Below, one piece after another: positions 61,044-64,000 of a stretch of 64,000 nucleotides of DNA; positions within the stretch are counted from its first letter, which is position 1, and every line of letters begins with the position of its first letter. This stretch comes from Alphaproteobacteria bacterium (GTDB lineage: Bacteria > Pseudomonadota > Alphaproteobacteria > RF32 > CAG-239). The stretch covers positions 47,089-111,088 of the forward strand of contig JAFSUB010000018.1 in NCBI GenBank assembly GCA_017445475.1, read 5' to 3'. Position numbers and translations under genes: made by a program. The notes below the pieces were generated by a model, which was given only the letters and a program-made list of their open reading frames with translations, did no database searches and had not been told where the DNA came from.

Positions 61044-61823
61044 ATGGTTTCAGTTATTGGTATGGTCAGATATTCGGTTGCAGCGTCATTTGCTTTTCCC
61101 GATAGGCCTGATGTCAAGCATAAAGTGTTTGAAGACCCGTATTTCTCTCAGCGTTTAGCAATGTTTAAGGGCATCACGCTCAAAAGCTTTGCCGGACAGA
61201 CTTGTAAGGATTTCGTGCTTTTGGTGTACCATTCCGCGGCAATGCCGGAAGATAAAAAAGCTATTTTTGCCGCCCTTGAAAGGGAGTATCCGTTTATGAA
61301 GAACATTTATATTGATGGCGCAAAACAGGAATTACCGCAAGAATATCAAAGAAAGCGCATCATGACCTTTCGTATTGACAATGATGATGCGATGCCCGCA
61401 GATTTTGTCGGTAAGCTCAAGGAAATTTATGAGAGCAACAATCCCATGTATGACAACGTGGCGTTTTCTGTTGCACAAATGCGTCGAATCGCGCATATTG
61501 CAAAAGATAAATACCTCACAAACACTTGTTTTTATATTTCAAATTCTATGGGGTTGGCATATTTGTCAACCAATGGGCAAAATGTAATGGATTGCGGTAA
61601 TCACGCGCGAGTGATTTATTGCTGCCCGATGATGTGTCTTGAAGGCCAAGGCGGCCTGCGAGTCATTAGCGGCACCAATGTTGCCAATAATTTTTGCAAT
61701 CCGCATCACAAGCAAACCGAGCCTGCTGTTTTTGATGAGCAAGGTATGCGCGAAGTGCTTCAATATGAGGGTTACACAAATATGGATATTCAGGATATTC
61801 CTATTCTGCCTGAGCCGTGCTGA
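61044..61823 (+). CDS. Putative rhamnosyl transferase / GT-A-like protein
   Basis: GMVRYS, R...F..ITL.SF.GQT..DF, FRIDNDDA motif. Confidence 0.75.
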   Translation: MVSVIGMVRYSVAASFAFPDRPDVKHKVFEDPYFSQRLAMFKGITLKSFAGQTCKDFVLLVYHSAAMPEDKKAIFAALEREYPFMKNIYIDGAKQELPQEYQRKRIMTFRIDNDDAMPADFVGKLKEIYESNNPMYDNVAFSVAQMRRIAHIAKDKYLTNTCFYISNSMGLAYLSTNGQNVMDCGNHARVIYCCPMMCLEGQGGLRVISGTNVANNFCNPHHKQTEPAVFDEQGMREVLQYEGYTNMDIQDIPILPEPC

Positions 61824-62256
61824 TAACAGAATAGCGCACATCAGACTTTAAAGTCTCAATTTTCACAAGAGAATCTTTATAAGGTATGGAGTCAGCTCCG
61901 TACCTTTTTTTAATGTCTTCTACACGTTCTTCCAACGTGCATTCAATGCCTTTTGTGTCAACCATCATATCGGCACAATAAAGCAAATACAATTCGTCCG
62001 GCAATTCACCGTCCGTTAAATAACTGTGCTTGGTAACGGCATCGGCATATCGATACGCATTACGGCGCAAAATTTCACCGCCGATTTTAGAATGAAACTT
62101 GCCGCCATCGCTGAACTCATAACCGACATCATGGACGAAGCCGAGCAAAAACATATCTTCATGGAATTCTTTATCATTCGGACGTAAACGCTCGGCCAAG
62201 CGTTGTGCAGTGCGTGCAACTTTAATAATGTGAGTTAATCTTTCATCGGTTATCAT
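61801..62256 (-). CDS. HD-domain phosphohydrolase
   Basis: RLTH...V, GFVHDVGY, HS..G, KH, LYCAD. Confidence 0.88.
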   Translation of the reverse strand: MITDERLTHIIKVARTAQRLAERLRPNDKEFHEDMFLLGFVHDVGYEFSDGGKFHSKIGGEILRRNAYRYADAVTKHSYLTDGELPDELYLLYCADMMVDTKGIECTLEERVEDIKKRYGADSIPYKDSLVKIETLKSDVRYSVISTAQAE

Positions 62257-63257
62257 AGAAACACCTCGTAGTCATAATGGTTCAATATTGCATTTTTGAA
62301 AAACAGTACATCATCTTCACTGATCGGGCGGAAATGGTTGGCATCAACGCCGACATTTAAGCCGTTTATGCTGACTTTTTTCAATCCATGAATATGTCCG
62401 AACAAGTTAAACATATCTTTTTTGCATTCGCTCGGCTTGTGGGTTAAATAAACCTGTTCGCCGTTTTTCAAAGTCAACGTATCGTGCGGTAAAACGCTTA
62501 CAAAGCGGTTTTCTAACTGTTGTTGCAGTGCGTTATTTTCTTTCAAAGCATCGATTTCATAATTACCCAAAATCAAGTGAATTTTGCCGTGCAAATACGG
62601 ACGGATATTTAAATCGCCGAAATCGCCCAAATGATACACCACGTCATCGGAAGCCACCTCATTATTCCAGTTTAAGATAAGTGAAGCGTCCATTTCTTTA
62701 ACCGAAACAAACGGACGGCGTGAGAGCGTCATGGCACGCTCACTGCCAAAATGCGTGTCGGAAGTAAAGAAAATGCGGCCGTCGTTTTTTAACAGCGAGC
62801 GAACTTTATGAAGTGTTTCGGTGTAAGTGGAATAAACCGGCACATTTTCCGCCTGTAGGCGCTTAACAATATAACTTTTGCCGAAAAAGGCATCATCAAT
62901 CCCGACCACCACTTGCTTGCGCGTGTGGTTATAATGGGTTTTTGCCATCCACTCTGCCAATTCAAAACGTGAAGTTTGGGCATAATCGCGACCGGCGACA
63001 TCTGTCTCTTTCGGCGGAATCCAAAACATAATTACATCGGCAGCCGCCAAAAATCGGCTTTCCCAATTAATCTGCAAATCAAGATTAAAATTCATCACAT
63101 TTTCGCGGCGCGGATTTGCAACATACACATCTAAATCAGCCAAATCTTTAATGGCGTCTGCCTGCCAATTGGGCGCACCTTTAATCGGTCCGGCTAAAAA
63201 CACGATTTTTTTGTTTGAATAATCCATCTCGGGCGATACTGGTGTTATCAATTCCAT
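62253..63257 (-). CDS. Nucleoside 2-deoxyribosyltransferase-like domain fused to a calcineurin-like metallophosphoesterase
   Basis: VFLAGPI....WQ, NPRR, QINWE..L..AD, SRFEL; then FTSDTHFG, YHLGDF, GNYE, HKP, FGHIH, NVGVD. Confidence 0.85.
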   Translation of the reverse strand: MELITPVSPEMDYSNKKIVFLAGPIKGAPNWQADAIKDLADLDVYVANPRRENVMNFNLDLQINWESRFLAAADVIMFWIPPKETDVAGRDYAQTSRFELAEWMAKTHYNHTRKQVVVGIDDAFFGKSYIVKRLQAENVPVYSTYTETLHKVRSLLKNDGRIFFTSDTHFGSERAMTLSRRPFVSVKEMDASLILNWNNEVASDDVVYHLGDFGDLNIRPYLHGKIHLILGNYEIDALKENNALQQQLENRFVSVLPHDTLTLKNGEQVYLTHKPSECKKDMFNLFGHIHGLKKVSINGLNVGVDANHFRPISEDDVLFFKNAILNHYDYEVFL

Positions 63258-63354
63258 TTTAAAATCCTTCGATAAAAATATGTATTTACATACTTAAAAA
63301 TGAAAATATATAAAGTCAACATTAAAGTTGTAGTTCAACCTTGTGTTGTCAATT

Positions 63355-63390
63355 AAAAAAAAGACCACTTCAAAAAGTGGCCTTTTTTCG
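63355..63390 (-). terminator. Terminator after rplA
   Basis: Minus strand AAGGCCACTT-TTTG-AAGTGGTCTT followed by a T-run. Confidence 0.7.
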
Positions 63391-63406
63391 TTTTTTTTTG
63401 ATAAGA

Positions 63407-64000
63407 TTACAAAGCCGTTAAGTCAACCTTAACGCCCACACCCATTGTTGAGCTGATTGAAATTTTCTTCAAATATGTGCCCTTTAATGTTTGCGGTTTT
63501 GCCTTGATAATCGTGTCAATAAACATTTTGGCGTTATCATAGATTTTGTCTTCATCAAAAGAAACCTTTGCAACACCTGCGTGAACAATGCCGTTTTTCT
63601 CAACACGGAATTGAACTTCGCCTGCTTTGGCCTTTGCAACGGCTGTTGCAACATCTGTTGTTACGGTGCCGAGTTTGGGGTTAGGCATTAAGCCTTTCGG
63701 GCCCAAAACGCGAGCAACACGACCTGCCAAGCCCATCATATCGGGCGTTGCAATGCAGCGGTCAAAATCAATCTTGCCGGCCAAAATCGATTCGATTAAG
63801 GTTTCGGCGCCCACCAAATCTGCACCGGCGGCCTTGGCTTCATCAGCCTTTTCGCCTTGTGCAAACACGGCAACGCGCACTTTTTTGCCGTTTCCGTGCG
63901 GAAGCGGGCAAACACCTCTGATCATCTGATCGGCATACTTCGGGTCAACCCCCAAATTGATTGCCAAATCAACCGTTTCATCAAACTTTGCGTTGGCATT
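63407..64000 (-). CDS. rplA: 50S ribosomal protein L1 (5' end beyond the window)
   Basis: [40 protein letters not shown]. Confidence 0.97.
   Translation of the reverse strand, partial: NANAKFDETVDLAINLGVDPKYADQMIRGVCPLPHGNGKKVRVAVFAQGEKADEAKAAGADLVGAETLIESILAGKIDFDRCIATPDMMGLAGRVARVLGPKGLMPNPKLGTVTTDVATAVAKAKAGEVQFRVEKNGIVHAGVAKVSFDEDKIYDNAKMFIDTIIKAKPQTLKGTYLKKISISSTMGVGVKVDLTAL

Overview
Chromosomal window of a small, fairly AT-rich alphaproteobacterium. The DnaK, SecA and SufB sequences and the CTTG-N18-CCYATAT heat-shock promoters support the class; a gut RF32/Rhodospirillales-like lineage is my inference. The backbone is housekeeping: comM-like ATPase, dnaB, htpG, dnaK, secA, sufBCD, yajC-secDF, folA-thyA, gpsA, alaS, mlaA/mlaC, partial rplA and five tRNA loci. 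Interspersed are an autotransporter, three paralogous secreted Cys-rich repeat proteins with a shared 'VCFLP' N-terminus, several orphan solo genes, a GIY-YIG nuclease gene bracketed by CGTC-type palindromes inside the suf operon, and several families of short palindromic elements. The most unusual signal is at the tRNA genes. A structured non-coding element of about 140 nt, whose copies show compensatory base changes, sits inside the anticodon arm of tRNA-Pro(UGG); removing it cleanly restores a canonical 77-nt tRNA. It also sits inside partial tRNA copies behind tRNA-Thr and tRNA-Val, and an 80-nt analogue lies behind tRNA-fMet. At each locus a short antisense copy of the tRNA spans or abuts the insertion point. 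No CRISPR array, integrase or reverse transcriptase is visible.
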